In this document: in pieces, positions 56,413 through 64,000 of the stretch | Position numbering within the stretch: the stretch's first letter is position 1 | Layout of the letters: each line of letters starts with the position of its first letter | Assembly (NCBI GenBank): GCA_017407205.1 | Contig: JAFQXA010000016.1 | Coordinates: 86,726-150,725, forward strand | Reading direction: 5' to 3' | DNA length: 64,000 nucleotides | Origin: Clostridia bacterium | Lineage (GTDB): Bacteria > Bacillota > Clostridia > Christensenellales > CAG-138 | The notes under the pieces: generated by a model | What the model was told of the DNA's origin: nothing | Databases searched by the model: none | Seen by the model: only the letters and a program-made list of their open reading frames with translations | Translations under genes and position numbers: made by a program

Positions 56413-57609
56413 TTAACTCTGAAAATAGTATTTTGCAAGCTTTTCAAATGCCTGCATTGAACGCTCAATTCGCTCTGTGGGTACGCAATGTGCTATGCGG
56501 ACGTAGCCGGGGCACATGAAGCTGTCCGTCGGGACAATCAAAAGGTCAAACTCACGAGCCTTTAAGCAGAATTCATTTGCATCCGGAATGGGGGCCTTTA
56601 TGAGCAAATAGAAAGTTCCGCCCGGTTTTATACATTCAAACCCCATCTTGGTAAGGCTGGAGTAAAGAAGCTTTGCATTATGCTCGTATACTGAAACATC
56701 AGCGGTTTCGCCATCGCAGAGTGCTGCAACACGCTGGAAAAGTGCAGGTGCGTTTACAAAGCCGAGCTTTCTGCCTGCACCGCAGATTGAAGCATAAACC
56801 TTGTCATGATCTTCAACTGTTTCGGGAACGAATATATAACCTATTCTTTCGCCGGGGATTGAGAGTGACTTGCTGTATGAGTAGCAAACTATCGTGTTAT
56901 CATAGAAGGAGGGTACCCAGGGTGCCTTTACGCCTTCAAACACGAGTTCGCGGTACGGTTCGTCGGTTATGAGGAATATGGGATGATTGTATTCCTTGCT
57001 TTTTTTATCCAAAAGGCTTGCAAGCTCCTTGATTGTTTCCTCATCGTAAACAACGCCTGACGGATTGTTTGGCGAGTTTATAACAATACCCTTTGTATTT
57101 TCGTTTATAGCGTTTTCAATAGCCTTAAAATCGGGCATGAAGTTTTCAAAGTTGGGGGGCGTTACAACTATTTTTCCTCCCGCACCCTCTATGAAAACCT
57201 TGTATTCGCTGAAAAAGGGAGCTAAAAGCACATACTCATCACCCTCTACGGTAAGACCGTGGAAGGTGCAGGTGAGCGATGCAGCAGCACCAACCGTAAA
57301 GTAAATGTCGGATGGTGAAACATTACCGCCAAAGCGACGCATGAGGGAAGAAGCGAGTGCTTCACGGTTTCTCAAATCACCCTGTGCGCTTGTGTAAGCA
57401 TGAATTGAGCTTGCCTCATTTCCTGAAAGAAGCTCGTTTATCATATCGTTCACGCAAAGAGGGGCAGGAACGCTCGGATTGCCGAGTGAGTAGTCAAAAA
57501 CGTTTTCTGCACCAACCTCAGCACTTCTTAATTTGCCGTATTCGAATATTTCGCGCATTATATTGCGTGTTGTGCCAAGTGCCAATGATTTTTCGGGAAG
57601 CTTAAGCAT
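56413..57609 (-). CDS. Class I/II PLP-dependent aminotransferase (AspC-like; probably aromatic amino acid aminotransferase)
   Basis: SLGNP, INSPNNPSG, DEPY, SYSKSLSIPGERIGY (PLP lysine); starts 1 nt after the iorB stop. Confidence 0.9.
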   Translation of the reverse strand: MLKLPEKSLALGTTRNIMREIFEYGKLRSAEVGAENVFDYSLGNPSVPAPLCVNDMINELLSGNEASSIHAYTSAQGDLRNREALASSLMRRFGGNVSPSDIYFTVGAAASLTCTFHGLTVEGDEYVLLAPFFSEYKVFIEGAGGKIVVTPPNFENFMPDFKAIENAINENTKGIVINSPNNPSGVVYDEETIKELASLLDKKSKEYNHPIFLITDEPYRELVFEGVKAPWVPSFYDNTIVCYSYSKSLSIPGERIGYIFVPETVEDHDKVYASICGAGRKLGFVNAPALFQRVAALCDGETADVSVYEHNAKLLYSSLTKMGFECIKPGGTFYLLIKAPIPDANEFCLKAREFDLLIVPTDSFMCPGYVRIAHCVPTERIERSMQAFEKLAKYYFQS

Positions 57610-57610
57610 C

Positions 57611-58192
57611 TTAGTCCACCTTTACATTCAAGCCAAGCTCAAACGCCTTCTTGTTAAGCTCAAGGAATTTTTGAGGAACGCATCTGTCAATAGCACCTTG
57701 CCATGCTTCGTCATCAAAGTCGAAGAAGCGTGAAGCTGCACCCATCAAAACGATGTTGACGGATTTTGCATTTCCTGCTTCTTTCGCAAGTGAAAGTGCA
57801 TCAAATGCTACTATATTTATGCCGAGTGCAGAAATCTTCTCCACGAGATTTTCGGGATATTTTGCTGTGCCTGCAATAACGGGCATGGGCATGATTTCCT
57901 GTGTATTTGAAATAATTGTTCCATTGGGCTTTAAATATTCAACCCAGCGTGCAGCCTCCAAAAGCTCGAATGAAATGATGATATCAGCTTCACCCTTGTC
58001 TATAATTGGGGAGTAAACCTTATCGCCATAGCGAACATAGGTTACAACGCTTCCGCCACGCTGACTCATGCCGTGAACTTCGGATACCTTTACATCATAT
58101 CCTTTATTCATCAGGAGGTTACCTAAAAGCTTACTTGCCAAAAGTGAGCCCTGACCGCCAACGCCTACTATCATAATGTTTTTTGTTTCCAT
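57611..58192 (-). CDS. iorB: Indolepyruvate:ferredoxin oxidoreductase beta subunit
   Basis: GVGGQG, SEVHGMSQRGGSV, N.VLMG, N.KAF..G. Confidence 0.94.
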   Translation of the reverse strand: METKNIMIVGVGGQGSLLASKLLGNLLMNKGYDVKVSEVHGMSQRGGSVVTYVRYGDKVYSPIIDKGEADIIISFELLEAARWVEYLKPNGTIISNTQEIMPMPVIAGTAKYPENLVEKISALGINIVAFDALSLAKEAGNAKSVNIVLMGAASRFFDFDDEAWQGAIDRCVPQKFLELNKKAFELGLNVKVD

Positions 58193-58204
58193 ATTGCACA
58201 CTCC

Positions 58205-59941
58205 TTACTCTGCTGTTTCAAATGCATCAAACTTGCAAAGCTCACGGCATACACCGCAACCTACGCAAAGCGTTGCGTCAACGTGTGCCTTGCCGTCAAC
58301 CATGCTGATTGCAGGGCAGGTGAATTTCATGCAAGCCTTACAGCTCTTACACTTATCCGTGTTGACCTTAAGCGGAGCTTTGGGCTTTACATACTTCAAA
58401 AGCACGCAGGGGCGACGGGAAATGATAACTGAGGGCTCTTTCTTTTTGAGCTCTTCGCGTATTGCTTCCTCCGTCTCTTTAAGATTATAGGGATCTACAA
58501 CTCTTACGCTGTTTATACCAAGTGCTTTGCAAAGTGCTTCAAGATCAACCTTTGAAGCAGGATCGCCCTTTATAGTGTAACCGGTTGTCGGGTTCTGCTG
58601 ATGACCTGTCATGCCGGTTATTGAATTGTCAAGTATTATAACTGTTGAATTGCTTGCGTTATATGCAATGTTTACAAGCCCCGTCATGCCCGAATGCATG
58701 AATGTTGAGTCACCGATAACTGCAACGGTGCCTTCTTCGCTTGTTTTGCCGAGTGCCTTGTTAAAGCCGTGTATGCCTGAGATTGAAGCACCCATGCAGA
58801 TTGTTGAATCCATAGCTGAAAGCGGAGGCTGTGCTCCCAATGTGTAACAGCCGATATCGCCGATAACGCGTAATTTGAGCTTTGAAAGTATGTAGAAAAG
58901 ACCGCGGTGCGGACAGCCGGGGCATAATACCGGAGGACGCATGGGGATGTTTTCGTCAAGCTTCTTTGTTTCCTTTTCACCCTTTTCAAGCTTTTCTGAA
59001 ATGTAGTTCTGTGAGAACTCACCCATGTTTGAGAATACTTCCTTGCCAACTGTTTCAAGCCCTAAGGAGGCACAATGCTGTTCAATAATGCCGTCAAGTT
59101 CTTCTACGATAACGAGCTTTTCAACACTCTTTGCGAATTCCTTTATAAGCTTTACGGGCATGGGATTTATCATGCCAAGCTTCAAAACATAAGCTTCATC
59201 ACCGAATACTTCCTTTACATACTGATAGGAAGTACTTGATGTGATAATACCAATCTTGTTTGACGTACCCTTTTCAATGCGGTTAACTGTTGATGTTTCT
59301 GCAAACTCAGTCAACAAACGGGTTCTTTCCTCAACGATGGGATGGCGCTTCCTTGCATAGCCGGGCATCATGATATATTTATCGGGACGCTTTTCGTAAG
59401 GAATGTTTTCACGGTTTATACGCTCGCTCGTTTCAACTATGCTCTGTGAGTGTGCAACGCGTGTGCACATTTTGAGTATGACGGGAGTATCAAACTTCTC
59501 GCTTATCTCAAATGCCTGCTTTGTGAACTCAAGTGCTTCAGCTGAATCTGAAGGCTCAAGCATGGGAACCTTTGCCGAAATTGCATAGTGGCGGGAATCC
59601 TGTTCATTCTGTGAGCTGTGCATACCCGGGTCATCAGCTACTGCGATTACCATACCGCCTGTTACACCTGTATAGGAGATTGTAAAGAGGGGGTCAGCTG
59701 CTACGTTTAAGCCAACGTGCTTCATGCCGCAGAATGAACGGCTGCCTGCCATTGATGCACCGTGTGCAACTTCCATTGCAACCTTTTCATTTGGTGCCCA
59801 CTCGCAATAAATTTCATCGTATTTTGCAGCATTTTCGGTTATTTCGGTACTCGGAGTGCCGGGATAACTTGATACTACATTGCAGCCTGCTTCATAAAGA
59901 CCGCGTGCAACTGCTTCGTTTCCGAGCATTATTGTTTTCAT
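58205..59941 (-). CDS. iorA: Indolepyruvate:ferredoxin oxidoreductase alpha subunit
   Basis: LGNEAVARG, YPGTPSTE, MKHVGLNVAAD, SSQNEQD, RPPVLCPGCPH, GDIGCY, GDSTF.HSG TPP motif, C-terminal 2x[4Fe-4S] ferredoxin Cys motifs. Confidence 0.96.
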   Translation of the reverse strand: MKTIMLGNEAVARGLYEAGCNVVSSYPGTPSTEITENAAKYDEIYCEWAPNEKVAMEVAHGASMAGSRSFCGMKHVGLNVAADPLFTISYTGVTGGMVIAVADDPGMHSSQNEQDSRHYAISAKVPMLEPSDSAEALEFTKQAFEISEKFDTPVILKMCTRVAHSQSIVETSERINRENIPYEKRPDKYIMMPGYARKRHPIVEERTRLLTEFAETSTVNRIEKGTSNKIGIITSSTSYQYVKEVFGDEAYVLKLGMINPMPVKLIKEFAKSVEKLVIVEELDGIIEQHCASLGLETVGKEVFSNMGEFSQNYISEKLEKGEKETKKLDENIPMRPPVLCPGCPHRGLFYILSKLKLRVIGDIGCYTLGAQPPLSAMDSTICMGASISGIHGFNKALGKTSEEGTVAVIGDSTFMHSGMTGLVNIAYNASNSTVIILDNSITGMTGHQQNPTTGYTIKGDPASKVDLEALCKALGINSVRVVDPYNLKETEEAIREELKKKEPSVIISRRPCVLLKYVKPKAPLKVNTDKCKSCKACMKFTCPAISMVDGKAHVDATLCVGCGVCRELCKFDAFETAE

Positions 59942-59977
59942 GTTTTGTGACTCCTTTTTATATGTGTGTATAAGTAT

Positions 59978-61486
59978 TTACTTTTTAAGGCTCTCAAAAG
60001 CCGAATTGAGCAATTTCTCATCGGGCTTTTTGGTAAAGAGCGATACGAGGGGAACTATTACAAGACCTGCAAGCATTATGAATGCACCGCAGTTGACGGG
60101 TGACTGCAAGTATGCGGGGAATGAGCTTCTTGCCAATATGTTGAGTATCATAACAGCTGATGCAAATATGAAGTTCACATATGCCGCTGCCTTTGTAACA
60201 CGCTTTGTGTAGAGACTCAAAAGGTAAGGAGCAAGGAATGAACCTGCCAAAGCACCCCATGAGATACCCATAAGGTCTGCAATAAATGCAACGCCGCCGT
60301 GTGCCTGTACAATTGCTATTATAGCAGAAACCGCAATGAAAATGAATATGAGTACACGCATTGACAAAAGTTGCTGTTTCTCAGTCATGCCGTTTTTGCG
60401 GTTGGCCTTTATGAGGTCAAGCGTAAGTGTTGAGCTTGAAGTCAATACGAGTGATGAGAGCGTTGACATTGAAGCTGAAAGAACGAGTATTATTACAACA
60501 CCAATAAGCAAATCGCCGACACCGCTGAGCATTGTGGGAACTATAAGGTCGTATCCGCCAACGGGAGTACCTGCATCTGTCGGAGCAACAAAAAGTCTGC
60601 CGAAACCGCCGAGGAAGTAACAACCGCCTGCAACTATGAGTGCAAATACAGTTGAAATTACAGTACCCTTGACTATCGCCTTATCGTCCTTTATAGCGTA
60701 GAACTTATGAACCATCTGAGGCAATCCCCATGTGCCGAGTGAAGTTAAAATTACAACACAGACAAGGTTGAATACGCTGGGACCGAAAAGGCTTGAAAGT
60801 GAACCCTTGGGGATACCGTCTGCTTCAATCTGACCGAGTGACAAGAGTGCATTTGTAAGACCGCCTGCTTCGCTCTGGTTGAGGACTGCAAATACTACTG
60901 CAACAATGCCAACAAGCATTATTATGCCCTGTATGAAGTTGTTGACGGCAGAAGCCATGTAACCGCCTGCAACGACATATATACAGGTCAAAAGAGCCAT
61001 CGCGATTATGCAGACCGTGTAGTCAATATTAAATGCCATCTTGAAAAGATAGGAAAGACCGTTGTAAAGCGAAGCTGTATAGGGGATAAGGAATATAAAT
61101 ACGATTATTGCAGCAAGTGTTTTGAGACCTTTGCTGTCAAAACGCTTGCCGAAGAAATCGGGCATTGTGTTGCTGTCAAAATACTGAGTCATTCTGCGTG
61201 TACGCTTGCCGAGTATGAGCCAGGGCAGAAGCGAACCGATAATAGCATTGCCTATACCGATCCATGAAGATGAAACACCGAATTTCCATCCGAACTGACC
61301 TGCATAGCCTATGAATATAACCGCTGAAAAGTATGATGTGCCGTATGCAAATGCCGTAAGCCACGGTCCGATATTTCTTCCGCCCAGAACAAAGCCGTTA
61401 ACATCGGTGGCTTTCTTTCTGCATATGATGCCTACTGCAATCATTACAGCAAAAAACACTACTACCATTGCGATCTTGATAATCAT
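59978..61486 (-). CDS. Sodium:solute symporter (SSS/SLC5 family)
   Basis: About 13 TM segments, F.LGGR..GPW, SYFSA..FIG.AG, Y...GG..A....IQG, WGLPQ...KFY, SASMST.SS. GGAGG RBS before ATG 61486. Confidence 0.93.
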   Translation of the reverse strand: MIIKIAMVVVFFAVMIAVGIICRKKATDVNGFVLGGRNIGPWLTAFAYGTSYFSAVIFIGYAGQFGWKFGVSSSWIGIGNAIIGSLLPWLILGKRTRRMTQYFDSNTMPDFFGKRFDSKGLKTLAAIIVFIFLIPYTASLYNGLSYLFKMAFNIDYTVCIIAMALLTCIYVVAGGYMASAVNNFIQGIIMLVGIVAVVFAVLNQSEAGGLTNALLSLGQIEADGIPKGSLSSLFGPSVFNLVCVVILTSLGTWGLPQMVHKFYAIKDDKAIVKGTVISTVFALIVAGGCYFLGGFGRLFVAPTDAGTPVGGYDLIVPTMLSGVGDLLIGVVIILVLSASMSTLSSLVLTSSSTLTLDLIKANRKNGMTEKQQLLSMRVLIFIFIAVSAIIAIVQAHGGVAFIADLMGISWGALAGSFLAPYLLSLYTKRVTKAAAYVNFIFASAVMILNILARSSFPAYLQSPVNCGAFIMLAGLVIVPLVSLFTKKPDEKLLNSAFESLKK

Positions 61487-61518
61487 GTTTTTATCCTCCT
61501 CTTTCTGAAAACAAAAAA

Positions 61519-63153
61519 TTATTTTGTCGTTTGTGCTTCTACCAAACGGCTTCCGCAATAAATGCTGCGAAGTACGGGCTTTTCAATCTTGCCCGTCGGG
61601 TTTCTCGGAATGTCTGCAAATATTATCTTGCGAGGACGCTTGTACCTTGGGAGCTCCTTGCAGAAAGCATCGATTTCTTCTTCGGTTGCCGTCATGCCTT
61701 CTTTAATCTCAATAATCGCAGCTGCGATTTCACCCAAACGGTCGTGAGGAAGACCTATTACTGCGGCATCCTTTATCTTATCGTTTGCACGTAAGAAGTC
61801 TTCAATCTGAACAGGATAAATATTCTCGCCGCCTGAAATGATAACGTCCTTTTTGCGGTCTACAAGATATATAAATCCGTCTTCATCTTCTTTTGCCATG
61901 TCGCCCGTGAAGAGCCAATCACCCTTCAAGACCTCGTCAGTTGCTTCTTTATTGTTAAAGTAGCATTTCATAACACCGGGACCCTTTACGATAAGCTCGC
62001 CAACCTCGCCCTTTGTGACTTCTTCGCCGCTTTCGTCAACAATCTTTGTTTCCCAAAGATAGCCTGCCTTGCCGATTGCACCAACCTTGTGTATGTTCTC
62101 AACTCCAAGATGAACACAGCCGGGACCTATTGACTCACTCAAACCGTAGTTCGTGTCATACTGATGATGGGGGAAGTACTGCTTCCAACGCTTTATAAGA
62201 CTCGGCGGAACGGGCTGTGCACCGATGTGCATAAGACGCCAATAGCTCAAGTCATAGTTTTCAAGCTTCAATGCACCGCTGTCTATTGCATCGAGTATAT
62301 CCTGAGCCCACGGCACAAGAAGCCATACTATGGAAGCCTTTTCCTGTGCTGCGACATCGAGTATCCATTGCGGTTTTACACCGCGAAGCAAAACTGCCTT
62401 ACTTCCTGACAGCAAGCTTCCGAACCAATGCATCTTTGCGCCCGTGTGATAAAGGGGCGGTATGCACAGGAAAACGTCATCATGCTGTTGACCGTGATGG
62501 TTCTGCTCTGTACGGCAGGATGAAACAAGTGCCTGATGCCCATGCAAAATAGCCTTGGGGAAGCCCGTGGTTCCCGATGAGAAATATATTGCAGCATTAT
62601 CATCGTCATCAATCTGCACAGCAGGGGGCTCTTCCGAACAGTATGAAGTCATTGTTTCATAGCTGTCTGCATAGGAGGGAGCATTATTGCCCACAAAGAA
62701 ATAATGACGAATATTGTCAAGAGAGCCGACTATCGGATTCATACGTTCTGTAAACTCAGGACCGAATACAAGAACGCTTACTTCTGCAAGATTTAAGCAG
62801 TAATCAATCTCGTCTGACGTGTATCTGAAATTCATGGGAACTGCCAAAGCTCCGGTTTTGAGTATGCCGAAATATATGGGCAGCCACTCAATGCAGTTCA
62901 TAAGGAGTATTGCAACCTTATCGCCTTTCTTCACACCGCGTGAAAGCAAAAGGTTTGCAAAACGATTTGCCGCTTTATCAAACTTCTGCCATGTAATCTC
63001 GCGACGGTAGGGCAAGCCCGTAATGCTTTCAATAAGGTTGAACTCACGCCAGGTTTTTGCGTTGTCAACCTCATCTGACGGATTTACCTCGACCAAGGCT
63101 GTTTCATTGGGGAAGAGCCTTGCGTTTTTTTCAAGAAAATCGGTAATAATCAT
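61519..63153 (-). CDS. Class I adenylate-forming acyl/aryl-CoA ligase
   Basis: YFSSGTTGFPK P-loop, PPLYH, NYGLSE, TGD, DRKKD.IISGGENIYP..IE, P.NPTGKI. AAGGAG RBS before ATG 63153. Confidence 0.93.
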   Translation of the reverse strand: MIITDFLEKNARLFPNETALVEVNPSDEVDNAKTWREFNLIESITGLPYRREITWQKFDKAANRFANLLLSRGVKKGDKVAILLMNCIEWLPIYFGILKTGALAVPMNFRYTSDEIDYCLNLAEVSVLVFGPEFTERMNPIVGSLDNIRHYFFVGNNAPSYADSYETMTSYCSEEPPAVQIDDDDNAAIYFSSGTTGFPKAILHGHQALVSSCRTEQNHHGQQHDDVFLCIPPLYHTGAKMHWFGSLLSGSKAVLLRGVKPQWILDVAAQEKASIVWLLVPWAQDILDAIDSGALKLENYDLSYWRLMHIGAQPVPPSLIKRWKQYFPHHQYDTNYGLSESIGPGCVHLGVENIHKVGAIGKAGYLWETKIVDESGEEVTKGEVGELIVKGPGVMKCYFNNKEATDEVLKGDWLFTGDMAKEDEDGFIYLVDRKKDVIISGGENIYPVQIEDFLRANDKIKDAAVIGLPHDRLGEIAAAIIEIKEGMTATEEEIDAFCKELPRYKRPRKIIFADIPRNPTGKIEKPVLRSIYCGSRLVEAQTTK

Positions 63154-63184
63154 ATAAGAACATCTCCTTTGATGTGTATTGATA

Positions 63185-63465
63185 AAATAAAAAAGCCTCT
63201 GTGCTTTTTTAAAAGCACAGAGGACGAGCAAACACCCGTGATACCACCTCGGTTTACCGCAGCCTCACGGCATACGACCTTATTTGGTACATGACACAAA
63301 AGCTGTAACGGGCAAACCCGCCGCTGCCTACTGAGATTAAATAATCCGTTCAAAGCGGTGCTACCAAGATGTATTCGACAATGAGCGCCTTTACTGCCTT
63401 ACACCAACCGACAGCTCTCTTGAAAGTACGACACAAAGCTACTTGTTCTCGGTCACTGCATCATT
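63185..63465 (-). promoter_or_regulatory. T-box riboswitch leader with a Tyr (UAC) specifier
   Basis: Minus strand shows stem I with AGTAG, AGAGAG and GGTGTAA motifs, specifier loop GAA-TAC-ATC (TAC at 63373-63371), stem II AGTA box, CCGTTA F-box, T-box AGGTGGTATCACG, terminator CCTCTGTGCTTTT-AA-AAAAGCACAGAGG-CTTTTTT. Confidence 0.92.
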
Positions 63466-63480
63466 TTGATACTGAATTGA

Positions 63481-63509
63481 ATTTTATCACTCCAAAACTT
63501 TAGTGTCAA
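63481..63509 (-). promoter_or_regulatory. SigA promoter driving the T-box leader
   Basis: TTGACA-17 nt-TAAAAT with an extended TG on the minus strand. Confidence 0.85.
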
Positions 63510-63588
63510 CAAATATTTGAAAAGCAAGGTTTTAAAATGGGAAATATGTAAAGACTATTAAGGACTAATTTGAAATAAGAGGGATAAT

Positions 63589-64000
63589 ATGCTTTCAAAC
63601 AGAACTTATTTTGGCATAAAAGACATAACGCTTGAAATGGAAGCCTTGAAAGAGTGCGCCGTATCGCGTGCGATGAACAAAAGCATGGCTCATACGCGAA
63701 AAAGCGACAGAGCCTTTTTTCAGTTATCAAGCGATAAAAGAGGGCTGACACTTTCTTATAAAAAGCTTCGTGAGCACTTTGAATCGGGGGGCGAATTTTC
63801 TGTAAGTGCCGATGCATTCTGCGATAATTTCTATGTCGTAGAGAAAAACATGACGGCGCTTTTAAACGGAATGTCGGATGTTCGTGCAATGAAGCTCCCC
63901 GTGTGCGGAGAGGGCGATTTGTTCCTTCTGCCCCGTGTGTATGCAATAGCTGTTGACATGGTGGGACACCGTGAGGGCAGAATTGATGAAAATTTAATCG
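63589..64000 (+). CDS. N-terminus of an NdvB/Cgs-like (cyclic beta-1,2-glucan synthase / GH94-associated) large protein, truncated by the window edge
   Basis: Absent from the ORF track. Frame open to the edge: MLSNRTYFG...AFCDNFYVVEK...KLP...LPRVYAIAVDMVGHREGRIDENLI, resembling the DNFY...LP...PRVY..A...H..G.ID motif of NdvB N-termini. Confidence 0.6.
   Translation, partial: MLSNRTYFGIKDITLEMEALKECAVSRAMNKSMAHTRKSDRAFFQLSSDKRGLTLSYKKLREHFESGGEFSVSADAFCDNFYVVEKNMTALLNGMSDVRAMKLPVCGEGDLFLLPRVYAIAVDMVGHREGRIDENLI

Noticed and set aside
57611-59941. iorAB as a purely catabolic (Stickland oxidative branch) locus
   Set aside because: Not excluded biochemically, but a starvation-induced T-box and an ATP-consuming AMP-forming ligase argue for the biosynthetic direction.
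63154-63231. N-terminal extension of the CoA ligase given by the ORF track
   Set aside because: It overlaps the T-box terminator; the RBS-supported start is ATG 63153.
63506-63946. 146-aa minus-strand ORF from the track
   Set aside because: It is antisense to the motif-bearing plus-strand frame starting at 63589 and has no recognisable features.

Overview
A 64-kb chromosomal segment from an endospore-forming, anaerobic Clostridia-type Firmicute (inferred from SASP genes, a T-box, the rimP-nusA-infB-rbfA-truB-ribF-rpsO-pnp cluster, ftsK-rimO-pgsA-cinA-recA and a type A RNase P RNA). Most of it is core housekeeping: partial addB, thpR, fba, gap, mreC-mreD-mrdA, alr, rocD, folD, trmK, nif3, yggS-sepF. 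Accessory parts are: (i) an AT-rich islet after gap with a Zn-ribbon/CFI-box-CTERM protein, an unannotated 34-aa membrane peptide, tandem XRE regulators and short repeats; (ii) tRNA-Asn followed by about 400 bp of nested direct repeats and a very regular GTGAAAT/ATTTCAC hairpin array; (iii) scattered cell-surface glycan-modification genes (GT2, GtrII-like, acyltransferase-3, MBOAT + DHHW) and a BspA-LRR/dockerin surface protein. The most notable system is at the right end: a T-box riboswitch with a Tyr (UAC) specifier leading a five-gene operon (acyl-CoA ligase, Na+/solute symporter, iorA, iorB, aminotransferase). This reads as a complete tyrosine-salvage route from 4-hydroxyphenylacetate by reductive carboxylation. 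No CRISPR array, integrase, transposase or prophage was seen. All calls come from reading motifs by eye; no database searches were run.
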